64,000 nt of DNA. Source: Eledone cirrhosa. Its lineage: Eukaryota. The stretch covers positions 254,014,001 to 254,078,000 of the forward strand of contig OZ024742.1 of NCBI GenBank assembly GCA_964016885.1, read 5' to 3'. Shown here piece after piece: positions 24,115 through 38,769 of the stretch. Each line of letters opens with the position of its first letter. Positions within the stretch are counted from its first letter, which is position 1. The notes beneath the pieces are model-generated. The model was given only the letters and a program-made list of their open reading frames with translations. It was not told where the DNA came from and made no database searches. The translations under genes and the position numbers were made by a program.

Positions 24115-24880
24115 TCCATCTACTGCATACGTATTTCTCCCTACCTGTTAGTTTGCCTGCTATCCCACTACATCTCTTGTGTATCCAAGATCTGCATTGT
24201 GTACATTTTATAGAATTTATGCCAGTTCCTTTTCTGCATATCGAACAGGGCCAGTTCCCTGATGAAAGCAGAGTTTTGTCCTCTTTTCATCAACACTTTT
24301 GTCTTAGCTAGGTTCACTCTCAGTCCTCTTGATTCCAACTGCCATTTCCATAGCCAGAATCTATTCTCCAGCTCCTCTACTGATTCTGCTATAAGAACCA
24401 GATCATCAGCATAGAGAAGCTCTCATGGACAGCCAGTCTTAAATTCCTATGTTATGGCTTGGAGGACTATAATGAACAAGAGCGGGCTGAGGACCGAACC
24501 CTGATGTACTCCTACTTGTATCTGGAATTCCTCAGTAAACTCCCTTCCTACCCTCACTTTACTGACAGCACCTCTGTACAAAGCTTGCACTGTCCTCACA
24601 AGCCATTCTTCAACACCCAGCTTCCTTAGGGACCACCAGATGTCAGATCGGGGTACCCTATCAAAGGCCTTCTCTAGGTCAACAAAATCTAAGTATAGTA
24701 GCTTTTTCTTCTGTAAGAACCTCTCTTGTAATTGTCTCACTAAGAAGAGGGCATCTGTTGCACTTTTTCCAGGCACAAAACCAAACTGCATCTCATCTAG
24801 TTTGACCCTTTCTCTAATTAGTTGCACTAATATCCTTTCTGCCACTTTCATGACCAGATCCATCAGTTTTATGCCCCTAA
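24115..24880 (-). mobile_element. RTE LINE RT fragment
   Basis: QFGFVPG, VDLEKAFDRV, GVHQGSVLSP. Confidence 0.92.
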
Positions 24881-26039
24881 CACTAATATTACTAGTTAAA
24901 CATTTAAAATGTAACCTATATAATCCATTCTTCTTCCTATTATAATATTGCAGTATTTGTAGATATAATCATTAGATTACTTAAATATTGTAGAATTATT
25001 AAAGGCAAGAATTATATCAAGTCTTGTTTCCATTTTCTGAACTCTTCAGTGTTTTAGACCTACTGAGAGCAGCATTTCTGTAGTTTTAATGACTCAGGAC
25101 ACTACACTAATTATGACAACATTAAAGTGGCCGAATTCAGTTTCAAACTGTGACTATATCAACTTACAGCTAATTGAATTGGCAGAGTCTAATGCAATAA
25201 GCTAATCAAATTTCTGATTTAGTGAATTGTAATTAATTTTCTCACTGGGATGCAATGTGTCGTCATCTAAATTTTATTTGTCAAGACGATTTCTCTAAAC
25301 TTCTCTTACCAATATTATTATTATTTTATAACGAAAGTTATTTCAAATGTATAATCAAATTATCAAATACAAATATTTTCAAAACCCACTGGCGTGTTAA
25401 CTAAATATTTTCTCTGCTGGGACTGTGAAGTAACATCCACTTGAGGTTTTGCAATTCCGTGAGATAACAAGCAAATGAAAGGTGTAACAAACTTTCATTG
25501 GTTGATTTGTGTTGTTACTGTAACCCACTTCAAACATATATACATGTGTGTCAGACTTCCATTGCTTCTGAGGACTAATGTACCAGTAGAGTTGATCAAC
25601 AAAACAGACTGATCATGAAATTAAGTACAAGTGTCTGAAAATTGCACAGACACGTGTACCACTTAACACAATTCTCAGGGAAATACATTATAACACAGTG
25701 TGTGATAAGGTTTGTCCTTTGAATTACAGGTGTGGTTCATTTTTTCCAATTGAGAAAACTAGAGACATGGGAAGTCTCTTAAGTGTCTTAAGTATACAAC
25801 AGTAATTGAACTCACAATCTTAGGATTGTGAGCTGAACAGCCCAACCACTAACCACCATCATAGATACACTGTTACATATATACATATAGGTAAGAACAT
25901 TACATCACACTATCAATGTAAAAAGACATTTATTGTATACTAAACCTGGCATATGTTTATATAGTTCACTTTTGTGCATAGATTATTTTGTGGAGTGGGG
26001 GACATTATATAAAACTAAAAAAATATTGCGATAGCAACT

Positions 26040-26129
<90 letters not shown>

Positions 26130-26382
26130 CTCTACTGTGATGTTGACATTGCAATTGAATATAGTATGGTACCATGGAAAGAAAGGAAAGGAGCCAATTG
26201 TCAGATTGAACCAAGAAAACTATGCTTCTATTGGTCTTTTCATTGCTGATACCATCTGTTGGTTGTAGATTTGAACTCATATTGCTCAAAGCCAGATCAG
26301 ATACATCAAAGCATCCCATCTGATTCTTTAAACAATTGCATCAATCTTCCACACATAAAAACTGCTGCTTTATTTAATAACC

Positions 26383-26745
26383 CTGTTACCATATTTCTCA
26401 GAGGCTATTCTACAATTGTTACCATATTTCTCAGTGGCTATTCTACAATTGTTACCATATTTCTCAGAGGCTATTATACAATTGTTACCATATTTCTTAG
26501 TGGCTATTCTACAATTGTTACCATATTTCTCAGTGGCTATTCTACAATTGTTACCATATTTCTCAAAGGCTATTCTACAATTGTTACCATATTTCTCAAT
26601 GGCTATTCTACAATTGTTACCATATTTCTCAGTGACTATTCTACAATTGTTACCATATTTCTTATGGATTATATTACATTTGTTACGATATTTCTTATGA
26701 ATTAAACTGCATTTGTTACCATATTTTTATGGATTATACTGCATT
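26383..26745. repeat. 33-bp tandem minisatellite (~11 units)
   Basis: Unit TTGTTACCATATTTCTCAGTGGCTATTCTACAA. Confidence 0.95.
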
Positions 26746-27139
26746 TGAATCAAGTAATAAAGAATTTGGAAGGATTTACTAAAATTATTGATTATTCTAT
26801 TAGGATGGTATTTATAACATAATTTAACAAAAGGTTAAAATAAAGGTTAGAACGTTTTTAACTTAAATAGAAATCCAGAGGTTATTTTGGGTAGGTTGAT
26901 ATCAAAAGTGTTAACCTGAGGCTGAAGTGACTCTGATCTTTTGCCACATAAACAAGCAATGATAAACACATAATAAAATATATAAGTAATCACTGATATT
27001 TCATATTCAATGATGAAACAGTCCCCAAAGTTGCAGGATATACATTCAAAGCTGTTTGGGGTTAATACTTCAACAATCAATTAAACACCACATTGTAGCC
27101 CAATTTCGAGCCTGTGCAGTAGAGTTTTTAGGCGAAGTG

Positions 27140-30100
27140 CAGTGTGTGCTGAACTGACTCCACCTTTTACACCTGTGGTTCATGTGTTCTGGTGTAGCAA
27201 GCTGAATGACCAAACAGCTTTCTCTAGGGACAGCATCACCTACTCCACACGGAGAAGGGTCTAGAAAAGGTGGCCTAAACAAACTCATCTCCTACACGCC
27301 CTTGTTGGCAAACCGTGATCAATGGTTTCTCATGTAGTCAAAAGACATCAAGGAAGAAAAGGTACACTTTCACCTGCAAGGGTGTGAATGGACTGAATAT
27401 TGCATGCTAGAACATCGGAACTATGCTAGACACAGTAGACAGCAGTCATTTAGTACGTCTATCTGCTCTAATTGCACATGAGCTGTCAAGACTGAATGCT
27501 GACATCACTGTTCTTAGTGAAGTCTGCTTTCCAGAGGAAGGCAGCCTACAAGAGCATGGCACCGGATACACCCTCTACTGGTCAGGTAAACCTGCAGCAG
27601 AGCGATGCCTTTCGGGAGTGGGCTTCATTGCCAGCAACTCTATCTCTTCCAAACTTGAAAACATGCCAACAGATCATTCTGACCACATCCTCTCTATGCA
27701 CCTCCCACTGAATAATCAACAAGCAGACCCTGTGGAAAAGAACAAGTTTTCCTTTTATCTGCACAGTCACTTACAGGGAACTCCTGTGGATGACAAGATC
27801 ATAATCATTGGTGATTTCAATGCGAGATTATGTAACATAAGAGGGATTGCTTAGGAGACATGGTGTTGGTAACTGCAAAGACATTGGATGCTTGCTGTTT
27901 GAGTTTTGTGAAGAACGTCAACCATCACGTACACCATCTTCCAGCAGAAGGACAGTTTAAACACAACCTATATGCATCCTTGTTGATTATATCCTGGTGC
28001 ACCAGTTTGAATTGAAAGACATCATGCATACTAGAGTGATGCCGAATGCGGAATGTCACACCAACCATCGTTTCCAACACTGCAAACTCAAGGAAAAATG
28101 TCAAGTTTAGCAGTTTCTAGTCAGATGAGGCTTGAAGATGCAAGCATACCAACAGATCCCTCTCCAGAAACACTTTGGCAACATCTGAAAAATGTCATTC
28201 TGTAGACATTTAGGGGAAATAATTGGGCTCACCACAAAGAAGAACAAAAACTGGTTTGATGAAAACAGCAAGGAAATTCAAGAATTGCTGGTGAGGAGGA
28301 CATCTACCCAGCAGGCCCACTTAGCACAACTATATTGTCCTGTGAAGAAAGCTGCATTCTGTCTGATATGCAGTAACCTCCAGTGTAAGCTTTGAGAGAT
28401 ACAGAACGAGTGGTGGACCAACCTCGCTGAAAGAACTCAGATGTACGCAGACACTGGAGACTTTAGGGGATTCTATGAAGCCTTAAAGATGGTGCATGGC
28501 CCTACATATCAGGTCCAGAGTACTTTGTGCAGTGCTGAAGGCCAGACCCTCTTCACAGACAGAGTGTCCATCTTAAACCATTGCTCAGAGCATTTACAGG
28601 CCTGCTACTACTAACCACACTGTTCAGAAATTAGCAATTTTCTGCATTCCTCAACGACCAGTTAAAGCAAAGCTGGATGAGTTGCCTACCATTGGAGAGA
28701 TCACCAAAGGAGTAGCAAAGCAGCCGGATTAAAAGGAATTCCACCTGAAATTTGGAATCATAGAGACCCAGCACTTCATGGGAAAGTCCACGAGCTGTTT
28801 ATATGTTGCTGGGGAGCAGGGCAATCTGCCACAGAATCTCTACGATGCAGTCATCATGACTATGTACAAAAACAAAGAGGAAAACTCAGACTCCTCATAT
28901 TACCTGGGATTACTCTGCACACTTTCATGGGAAAAATCCTCGCAAGGATGATGCTGAACAGGCTGGTACCTACCATCGCAAAAGAATACCTTCCAGAGAT
29001 CCAGTGTGGCTTCAGAGTCAACAGAAGCACCACATACATGGTGTTTTTTCTTAAGCAACTCCAAGAGAAGTGCTGTGAGCAATATAAAGGACTGTATACG
29101 GCAGTCGTTCAATTAACTGAAGCATTTGATACAGTGAGTAGAAAAGGAAGGTGGCAAATTGTAGAACGAATCGGCTGTCCCCCAAATTTCCTGAACATGA
29201 TCATCTAGCTATACAACGACCAGCATGGTCATGTCAAACTCAACAGTGATCTCTCAGAGCTTTTCTGATCATCAATGGATGAAGCAAAGTTGCGTCCTGG
29301 CACCGACTCTTCTTTGCCAATGATGCTGCTCTTGCTTACCCACACAGAAAGAGCCTTGCACCATATCACTTCTTGTTCTGCAGAAGCTGCTCGGCTCTTT
29401 GGGCTTGAAGTCAGATTAAAGACGATGGAGGTATTCTACCAGCCTGCATCTGCATTGGTGAGACTGAACTGAAAACAGTTCATCAGTTCACATACATGGG
29501 GTGCACAGTCACATCAATTGTCAAGATTGACAGTGAAATCAGCAACAGATTGGCAAAGGTGAGTAGTTCTTTTGGCAGTTGCTAAAAATACATGTGGAAC
29601 AATAAATACCTGAAGAAGAATATCAAGATCAGAGTATACAAAGCCATAGTCCTTGTCCCCCTCCTATATGATTCAGAGTTGTGGGTCACTTATTTCCACC
29701 ACCTTCAAATCCCTGAATGCTTCCACCAGCACTGCCTCCACACCATTCCCAACATCTACTGGAGAGACTTTGTCCCCGATGTTGAATTTCTTGAGTAGGT
29801 GGAGGTAACCAGCATTAGGACCATGTTGCTTAAGTTCCAACTATGCTAAGCAGGGCACATCTCCAGGATGAAGGATCATCGCCTGCCCAGGATCACACAG
29901 TATGGTGAAATCTCACTGGCCATCATGGCAAGGGACGCCAAAGAAGTGATACAAGGACTGTTTGCAAAAATCCCTTGTTACCTATCATATCGACTGTGGG
30001 GCTGCCGTGAGATAGAGGAGGTGCAGAGCTACCATGGGAGGGGGATTGCTGGAAGTTGGGGGATGCCTGACCGGAAGCAGGAGAGCGAGGGCGACTCGAG

Positions 30101-30600
30101 GGATCAGGCCATGAACAGCCCCTCTTAGCTATACGGCCTGCAAGGCGACGGACGTGTGAAGACAGACGCAAGTGGAAAGTACCCCACGTGGATGATGAAA
30201 CCAGTGACAGAGAGAGACGCAGGGCAAGTCCAAATGCCTCCAGCTACAGGCGTCGCCTAACTTCCGGCAATCCCCCTCCCACTGCAGCTCTATACCCCCT
30301 CTATCTCGCGACAGCCCCACATCGACGATCAGAGGCGGTCCACCCTAGTTGGGAACCAAGATGCCTGGCATCTCAACATCAACCATGCTGTCTCCTACTT
30401 CAAAGACACTTGCAGAGCCATCTTCAAGGAAAAAAGCAGAGGGGGAAGAACTACAACACCAAGTTGTCAAACCACGACCAGACCTTTAACTGCAGCTACT
30501 GTGGCCATACCTGCCTGTCTTGCATTGACTTGAACAGCCGTGAGCATGCTTGCAGTCAATGTGGACCACCCCCTTCATAATTTTCTTTCATGAAGCCAAG
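27140..30600 (+). mobile_element. Old near-full-length RTE LINE of a second (BovB-like) lineage, heavily decayed
   Basis: APE remnants (GYTLYWSG, GDFNAR), WFDEN, PEIQCGFR, AFDTVSR, VYKAIV..LLY, and a terminal C2H2-like remnant CSYC..H. Confidence 0.85.
29995..30321. mobile_element. MITE / non-autonomous DNA transposon with TGT..ACA ends, >=65-bp imperfect TIRs and 5-bp TSD
   Basis: TCGAC at 29990-29994 and 30322-30326; TGTGGGGCTG.CG.GAGATAGAGG.. mirrored at the right end. Confidence 0.88.
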
Positions 30601-31116
30601 ATGGTGTGTGTGTTAATGTCAAAGTGTGCGTGTACATATGTACATTTTTGTTGTTGTTATTGCTGTTATTTATGTTATGAAAATTATCGTTTATGTACAT
30701 AAGAGTGTGACTATTATTATCTATTCCTTTGAGCATTTGTGTCCATATAGTATTTTTTATTTTTATTTTAACACTATTTCACTGTTTATAAACTCATTTC
30801 AGTATATTTATTTATGTAACAATGAATTGTTTTGATTTAGCCTATATCATGCAACTTCCTCTTTTGTTCAAACCTCTGACTCCACCTCATATACATTTGT
30901 CATATCTTTACTGTAGACATTAACAAGAAATGATTACATTTATCCTAGATATTGGAATGGATGTTCTGATGTTATTTAGCCAACTGTTGGCAAAATAATC
31001 CAAAATGACAAATTCTTCATCTAGTACAACTCGGTAAAACCTCTATCTTATAGGAGCTACCTTAAGCTGAGTTCATATATATCAAGGAAACAACAACAAC
31101 AATAATAATAATAATG

Positions 31117-31180
<64 letters not shown>

Positions 31181-31948
31181 GACAACAACAACAACAATGG
31201 TAACAACAACAACCACAACAACACAAAAAATGAAATGGAACGGGAATATTTGAAATGAAAAACATATATGGAAATTAACTTGGAAAGCTTGCACACCTTG
31301 CATTTGGCCACTTGTCAAATCTTGCGGTAATAAGTTTTCTTTTGTGGTAATGTAACTAACTTACATACAACTGAAGAAAATAGATTGAGCTGATCACTTT
31401 GTGTATCTTTTCCAAAACTACAATAAAATTATTCTACTTGAATTATCATTTCATTTCTGTCATAACTTTGTTGTTGTTATAGTTACTGTTGTGCCAATTG
31501 ACATGTTATTAATATGGTTGATAAAGGAGTGGCTATATTTGTTAGAATTGCTTATATCTTCATACAATATTAGAGTTAATGTGGTGTAGTAGTCTTAGCA
31601 AGATGCAAAACATTACCTTATATATGTATATGTGCGTGTGTGTATGAGTGAGTGGGTGAGTGTAATATATATATATATATATATATATATCATTGTTTAA
31701 TGTCTATCTTCCACTCTAGCATGGGTTAGATGGGAATTGTCCTACTTCAGGCAAGAAAATTCCCAGGTGAGCGCTCAATGTTTAGATTCATGTGTTTAAC
31801 GAGGTGTAGAGCTAAATAGAGTGTAAATATATCAATAAAAGCACGATTTATTATGTCTTCATTACGTTTATAGTTGACATTACCACAACAGAGGTCCAAC
31901 GAGCCTTTGATTCTAGAGTCAATAACAAATCGTCAATTTATTATTATA

Positions 31949-32032
<84 letters not shown>

Positions 32033-32033
<1 letters not shown>

Positions 32034-35000
32034 GTGGCGGACGGAGGCTCTGTAAGCTGTAGCGTAGGCAACCCGTCTAGGAGAGCTACCACTCCGAATA
32101 AATTGGTGCAGGGTAGAGAACTCTTCTGAGTCCAGTAAGACAACTTCCCTAGTGCCGGTGGCACGAATAAAAGCACCCAGCCTATGCTTTAAAATGGAGG
32201 GGTCGATAGGGCCTCTGAGTCCAGTAAGAAAACCTCTCTAGTGCTGGTGGCACAAATAAAAGCACCCAGTTCATGCTGTAAAGTGGTGCTGGTGTTAAGG
32301 AAGGGCACCCAACCAGTATATATTAATGCCAAAAACTATGAGCACAACAAATGAGAATTGCAACAACTGCATAAACAGAAATAACATTAACCATGTTAGG
32401 GCTGCGCACGGTAGTGGGGTGGCTGATGCGGCTATGTGCAAGAACCCCCGACCATCATCACGCAATCACACAACAGGAACAAGAACAAGAATATGAAGAC
32501 GTTGCATCTCAGAGTTGCCACACTTAATGTTGGCACTCTAACAGGTAGATCTGGCGAGATAGTGGAGATGCAGGAGAGAAGGCATGTGGATGTGTGCTGC
32601 GTGCAAGAGGTGAGATGGAGAGGTGCCTCTGCAAGACTAATCACAGGCAAACATTTTAGTTATAAGCTTTTCTGGGTGGGCAATGATGATGGGTTAGCTA
32701 GGGTAGGCATTTTACTGGCTGAGACATGGATCGATAAGACAATAGAGGTAGTTAGAGTTAGTAATAGAATAATTAAGTAATTAAGCTTAGATTAGTTGTA
32801 GGCAAGAAAACTGCTGACAATCATCTCTGCCTATGCTCCCCAGGCAGGCCTAGGTAAAGAAGAGAAAGACTGCTTTTACGAGCAACTTTTATAAACAGCC
32901 GCAATGACAGAGGATGGAGACATCGTTATGCTAGCAGAGGACTTCAATGGTCATGTTGGACAGCTCCAGGATGGATACACTGGGGTACATAGTGGGCACG
33001 GTTATGGCTCAAGTAATGAAGAAGGAATGAGGCTTCTGAAATTTTGTGATGCAAGTGCACTAACCATTTGCAACACTAACTTCAAGAAACTACTAACCAT
33101 CTAATAACCTACAAATCAGGCGAGCACATAAGCCAGATTGACTTCTTGCTAGTTAGGCAGTGAGACAGACAGAGGGTGTCAAATACTAAGGCATACCCCG
33201 GGGAAGAATGTACCCAACAGCATAGGTTAGTTGTTAGTGACATCTCAGAAAGCAAGAGTCAAAATGAGACATAGAGGAATGTTTGGAAAAGAAAGGGCTG
33301 GAAGCTAAAAGACCTTACACTAAAATATAAATTTAGCAAAGCCTTCAAGATGTGTATGACGAAAAAGAAGACGATTTAGAATCGTATGACATAGATGATA
33401 ACTGGAATTTCTTACGTGACAACTTACTGCAGGCTACTGAAGAAACTTGTGGCTGGAGCAGACAGAGAGTGATCTGGTGGTGGAGCAGCACGGTAGATAG
33501 GGCCATTAGAGACAAAAGACTAGCAGGGAATGCTTGAAAAAATGATTGGAGTAGACGCGGATATACAGCCACTAAGAGAGAAGCTAGATGTCAGGTGCAT
33601 GTAGCATGCAGAGGGGCAGAGATTAGGAAGTTTGCCAATGTTCTGCGATGGAAAGATCAGATATATGTGGTGTTCCGCGTTGCAAGGCAGCGTGTCAGTG
33701 TAAATCAGGATGTTGTTGGAGATAAGTGTGTCCGGAATGATGCTGGTGTACTTAGTGTCACAAATGATCAGAAAGGAGGCCTGGAAATGTCATTATGAGA
33801 GACTGATCAATGTGGAGAATGGATGGGAGAGAATTTACCTCCAGCAGACCTGACAGAAGGACTAGCTATTGAGAAGAGGCAATTAAGGAAATGAAAAATC
33901 GTAAGGATGCTGGACCGTCAGGGATAGTTGCTGAGATGCTGAAAGCATCAGGAGAAGTAGGCACTAAACTGGTTGCACGCATCATCAATCAAACTATATA
34001 TGGCGGTGTCATACCTAAAGACTGGTGCAGCAGTATTCTCATAAATTGCTACAAATTTAAAGGGATGCTCTGGAGAGCAGCAATTATAGTGGCATAAAGC
34101 TGATGGATCAGGTTATGAAAGTGGCAGAGAGAATATTAGTGCAACTGATTAGAGAAAGGGTCAAATTAGATGAGATGCAGTTTGGTTTTGTGCCTGGGAA
34201 AAGTACGACAGATAGCTTTTCCTTAGTGAGACAACTACAAGAGAGGTTATTAGAGAAGGATAAGCCACTATACTTAGCTTTTGTTGACCTAGAGAAGGCC
34301 TTTGATAGGGTACCCCGATCTGTCATCTGGTGGTCTCTAAGAAAACTAGGTGTAGAGGAATGGCTTGTGAGGACAGTGCAAGCTATGTACAGGGGTGCTG
34401 TCAGTAAAGTGAGAGTAGGTATGGAGTTTAGTGAGGAATTCCAGATACAAGTAGGTATATATCAGTGTTCGGTCCTCAGCCCGCTCTTGTTCATTATAGT
34501 CCTCCAAGCCATAACAGAGGAGTTTAAGACTGGATTGCCCATGGGAACTTCTCTATGCTGACGATCTGGTTCTTATAGCAGAATCAACAGAGGAGCTAGA
34601 GAATAAATTCTGGCTATGGAAACAGCAGTTGGAATCAAGAGGACTGAGCTAAGGCAAAAGTGTTGATAAGTAGAAAAGAGGACAAAACTCTGATTCCATC
34701 AGGGAAATGGCCATGTTCGATATGTAGAAAAGGAACAGGCATAAATTCTATAAATTGTACACAATGCAGATCTGTATCTGTAGTGGGATAGCAGGTAGGG
34801 AAAATTACGTATGCAGTAGATGTACAGGGAAATTTGACAGTAGTATAGACACATTTTTCAAATGCAGGTAGGTTCTATAGAAGTGGTTGATAGCTTCCGG
34901 TACCTAGGTGATCAGATTAGCATGGGACGGGAGTGTTCTGAGGCCATAGTATCAAGAATAAGGACGGGTTTGAAGAAGTTTAGGGAGCTGTTTCCTCTGT

Positions 35001-35470
35001 TGACAAAGAAGGGTTTCTCCCTGCTTACAAAAGGCCGGTTATATGATGCCTTTGTGAGATGTGTGATGCTGCATGTAGTGAGATATGGGCAGCAACTACA
35101 GAAGATATGCGATGGCTGGAGAGAAATGAAGCAAGCATACTCCGCTGGATGTGCAATGTCAATGTGCGTGAACGACCAAGCATAGATGAGTTGAGAGAGA
35201 AACTGTGTATTAGAGGGATACATTTTTGGTGTGCGGGAGAGAAGACTGAGATAGTATGGACATGTGATGCGCATGGAGGATGACCGCTGGGTAAAGAAGT
35301 GCCAAGAAATCCCAGTAGAAGAAAGAGACAATAGAGGAAGACCATGAACATCATGGGCGGATGTGGTAAGAGAAGACCTTAGATCGCTGAAGCTCACAGA
35401 GATGACGAAGGACTGTGACAAGTAGGGAAAAGCAGACGTAAAATGATTGATGATGATGATGATGGTGATG
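32033..35470 (+). mobile_element. Full-length but disrupted RTE LINE (5' UTR, APE, RT, (GAT)n tail)
   Basis: ORF pieces 32436-35283 with APE and RT motifs; multiple stops and frameshifts. Confidence 0.93.
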
Positions 35471-35494
35471 ATGATATATGTATGTATATGTACT

Positions 35495-35564
<70 letters not shown>

Positions 35565-35694
35565 AAGGCACATGGGTGAGTGGTTAGAGAATTGGATTTG
35601 CAATCATGGGTGATGCATTATGTCCTTGAGTAAGACACTTTATTCCCCATTGCTCCTTCTACATATGTGTGTGTATATTGTATATATATATATG

Positions 35695-38600
35695 TGTCGA
35701 CAAATACCCAAAACTCCGAGTTGGTACCATTAATGTAGGCTCAATGAAAGAAAGAGCAGGAGAAATCGTAGAAATGCTAGAGCGAAAGGAAATTGATGTA
35801 TGCTGTGTGTAAGAGACTAGATGGAGAGGAGAGTCTGCCAGAGTCCTTGTAGGAAAAAGTCGGTGCTACAAATTTTTCTGGGTGGGAAATGACGATGGGA
35901 TGGGTGGTGTAGGTATACTACTAGCTGACAAGTGGGTAGATAAAGTAATCTCAGTGTACAGGGTAAATGCAAGAATCATTAAACTCAGACTAGTCCCGAA
36001 TAAAACAATTACCACAATAATATCAGCTTACGCACCCCAATCGGGGCTGCCAGACGAACTTAAGGATAGGTGTTACGAGTCCCTAATGCACACTACTGCT
36101 CTAACAGACGACAATGACTTCCTAATCATCGCAGGAGATTTTAACGGACACGTAGATAAACACTACGATGGCTTCAATAGAGTACATGGAGGCCATGGGG
36201 TTGGCACAAGGAATGAGGAAGGATTCAGACTTCTAGAATTCTGCGAAGCCAATGACATGTCGATATGTAACACAAACTTTAAAAAACCCGACAACCACCT
36301 GATCACCTATAGATGAGGGGAGAACTCTAGTCAGATAGATTTTATCCTCATCAGAGGATGTGACAGATGGACAGTCGTAAACACAAAAGCCTTCCCTAGT
36401 GAGGAATGTACATCCCAACATAGCTTAGTTATCAGCGACCTCACGGTCAGAACTAGACGAACCCGGAAACAGAGCCCATCCTGGAGAAGAAAGATATGGA
36501 AGCTGAAAGTCCCCTCAAACAGTAACAGATTTAAAGATATTTTACTCAACGCCTACGACAGTAAAGAAGAACAGATAGAGACATTTAATGTAGAAGAGAA
36601 CTGGGAGTTCCTAAAAAATAATTTACTAGAGGCGACGGATGAGGTCTGTGGCTGGAGTAAGACCTCAAGCAGGAGGAGAGTGACTTGGTGGTGGAACAAT
36701 AAGGTAGATGAAGCAGTTAAGGCCAAGAGACAGGCATGGAAAGAATGGAAGAACGGGGGGAGCAGGGTACATTACATAGAGACCAAGAGGGAAGCTAGGC
36801 GACAAGTATACTTAGCTAGGAGGGAAGCAGAGGATAGAAAATTCAAGCATGTTTTGCAACGTGAGGACCAGAAACAGGAGGTATTCAAGATTGCGAGGCA
36901 GTGTGTCAGAGATAGTTATAATGTCATTTGAGAGAAGTGTATCCGGAATGATAAAGGTGAGCTTGCCCTCACAAGTGCTGACAAGAAAGATGCATGGAAG
37001 AGTCATTATGATAAATTACTAAATGAGGAGAATGCATGGGAAGAAGAGACCCTACCACAAGTAGACCCTATAGAGGGACCAGCAGTACAAGTCAGCAGCA
37101 GCGTAGTAAGTAAGGCAATCAAAGATATGAAGATGGGGAAGGCAACCGGTCCATCGGGTATAGCTGCCGAGATGCTGAAGGCAACTGGATCTGTAGGTCA
37201 CACTATAACCACACGTATTGTTAACCAGGTAATACTAGGTGTCATACCAAAAGATTGGTGCAGTAGCATCATTGTCAATTGCTACAAAGGTAAAGGTGAT
37301 GCACTAGATAGAGGAAACTATAGAGGTATAAAGTTGATGGACCAGGTCATGAAAGTAACAGAAAGAGTTATAGCACAGTTAATTAGGGACCGGGTGAAAA
37401 TAGACGAGATGCAATTTGGGTTTGTACCAGGAAGAGGTACCACTGATGCCCTCTTCCTTGTGAGGCAATTACAGGAAAAGTACCTAGCTAAAAGTAAGCC
37501 TCTCTACTTGGCATTTGTCGACCTTGAGAAAGCCTTTGACAGAGTTCCACATGCTGTAATCTGGTGGGCTTTAAGAAAACTAGGAGTAGATGAATGGCTT
37601 GTGAAAGCGGTACAAACCATGTATAGGGGAGCAGTCAGCAAAGTTAGGATTAGCAATGAGTATAGCGAGGAATTTAGCGTACAGGTTGGGGTCCACCAGG
37701 GCTCTGTTCTTAGCCCCCTCCTGTTCATCATAGTCCTGCAGGCAATAACAGAGGAGTTTAAGACCGGATGCCCATGGGAACTCCTGTATGCTGATGACCT
37801 CGCACTTATAGCTGAATCTATGGTAGAACTAGAGAAGAAATTCCAAACTTGGAAGCAGGGACTAGAAAGAAAGGGGTTCAAAGTCAACATGACAAAGACT
37901 AAGGTCCTTGTAAGTAGACGAGAAAACAGAACCCAGATCCCCTCAGGGAAATGGCCTTGCTCAGTATGTAGGAAAGGTGTAGGTAGGTACTCCATTCTCT
38001 TCCCCAAATGCAAACAATGGGTACACAAGAGATGTAGCGGGATCTCAGGAAGCTTAATTAAGAATGTAGGCTTCACATGCAGAAGCTGTGCTGAGACAGC
38101 AAGCAGCAAACAGCCACAGGAAACAAGTACCACCAATCTCTGGGAGGGTTCTGTAGAAACAGTAGACAGCTTCTGCTACCTAGGTGACCGAATTAGCAGC
38201 GGAGGTGGGTGTTCAGAAAGTACAATAACTAGGGTAAGAACGGGATGGAAGAAGTTTAGGGAACTGCTACCACTGCTAGCTGCAAAAGGCTTCTCCCTCA
38301 GAATGAAAGGCAGACTGTATGATGCGTGTATCCGAACAGCAATGTTGCATGGTAGTAAGACCTGGGCGCTGAAGGTGGAAGACTTACGTAGATTAGAGAG
38401 AAACGAAGCCTGCATGCTCCGATGGATGTGTAACAGTAATATACGTTAACGACAATGTATAAATGAATTGAGAGAGAGACTGAGCATAAGAGGAATCAAA
38501 TGCTGTGTGCAGGAGAGGCGGTTGCGCTGGTATGGACATGTGATGCGTATGAAGGATGACAGCTGCATAAAAAGGTGCAGAGCACTAGAAGTTGATGGAA

Positions 38601-38755
38601 ACCGCGGAGTGGGGAGACCCAGGATGACCTGGGATGAGGTGATAAAAGCCGACCTTACCCAATTACACCTCTCAAAGGCAATGACACACGACCGTGACTT
38701 CTGGCGTCACGCAGTAATACAGAGTACCCGACCTCCCATGGGTACAAGCTGAAGC
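35695..38755 (+). mobile_element. Near-full-length RTE LINE with few in-frame stops
   Basis: Collinear APE (35882), linker (36680), RT (37127) and C-terminal (38468) ORFs. Confidence 0.95.
37127..38449 (+). pseudogene. RTE reverse transcriptase domain with an embedded Cys-rich (PHD-like) segment
   Basis: NYRGI, QFGF, DLEKAFD, GVHQGSVLSP, YADD, CxxC..CKQWVH.RC..CxxC, YLG. Confidence 0.93.
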
Positions 38756-38769
38756 ATATAGACAATATG

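Noticed and set aside
26259-26705. 148-aa ORF with 11-aa repeats; superficially CRISPR-like periodicity
   Set aside because: Contiguous 33-bp minisatellite with no unique spacers; the ORF is a by-product of a unit length divisible by 3
22505-27080. Short minus-strand ORFs in unique sequence as possible host exons (22505, 23020, 26005, 26847)
   Set aside because: No recognisable domain or consistent splice/frame chain; needs RNA-seq or tBLASTx to exclude
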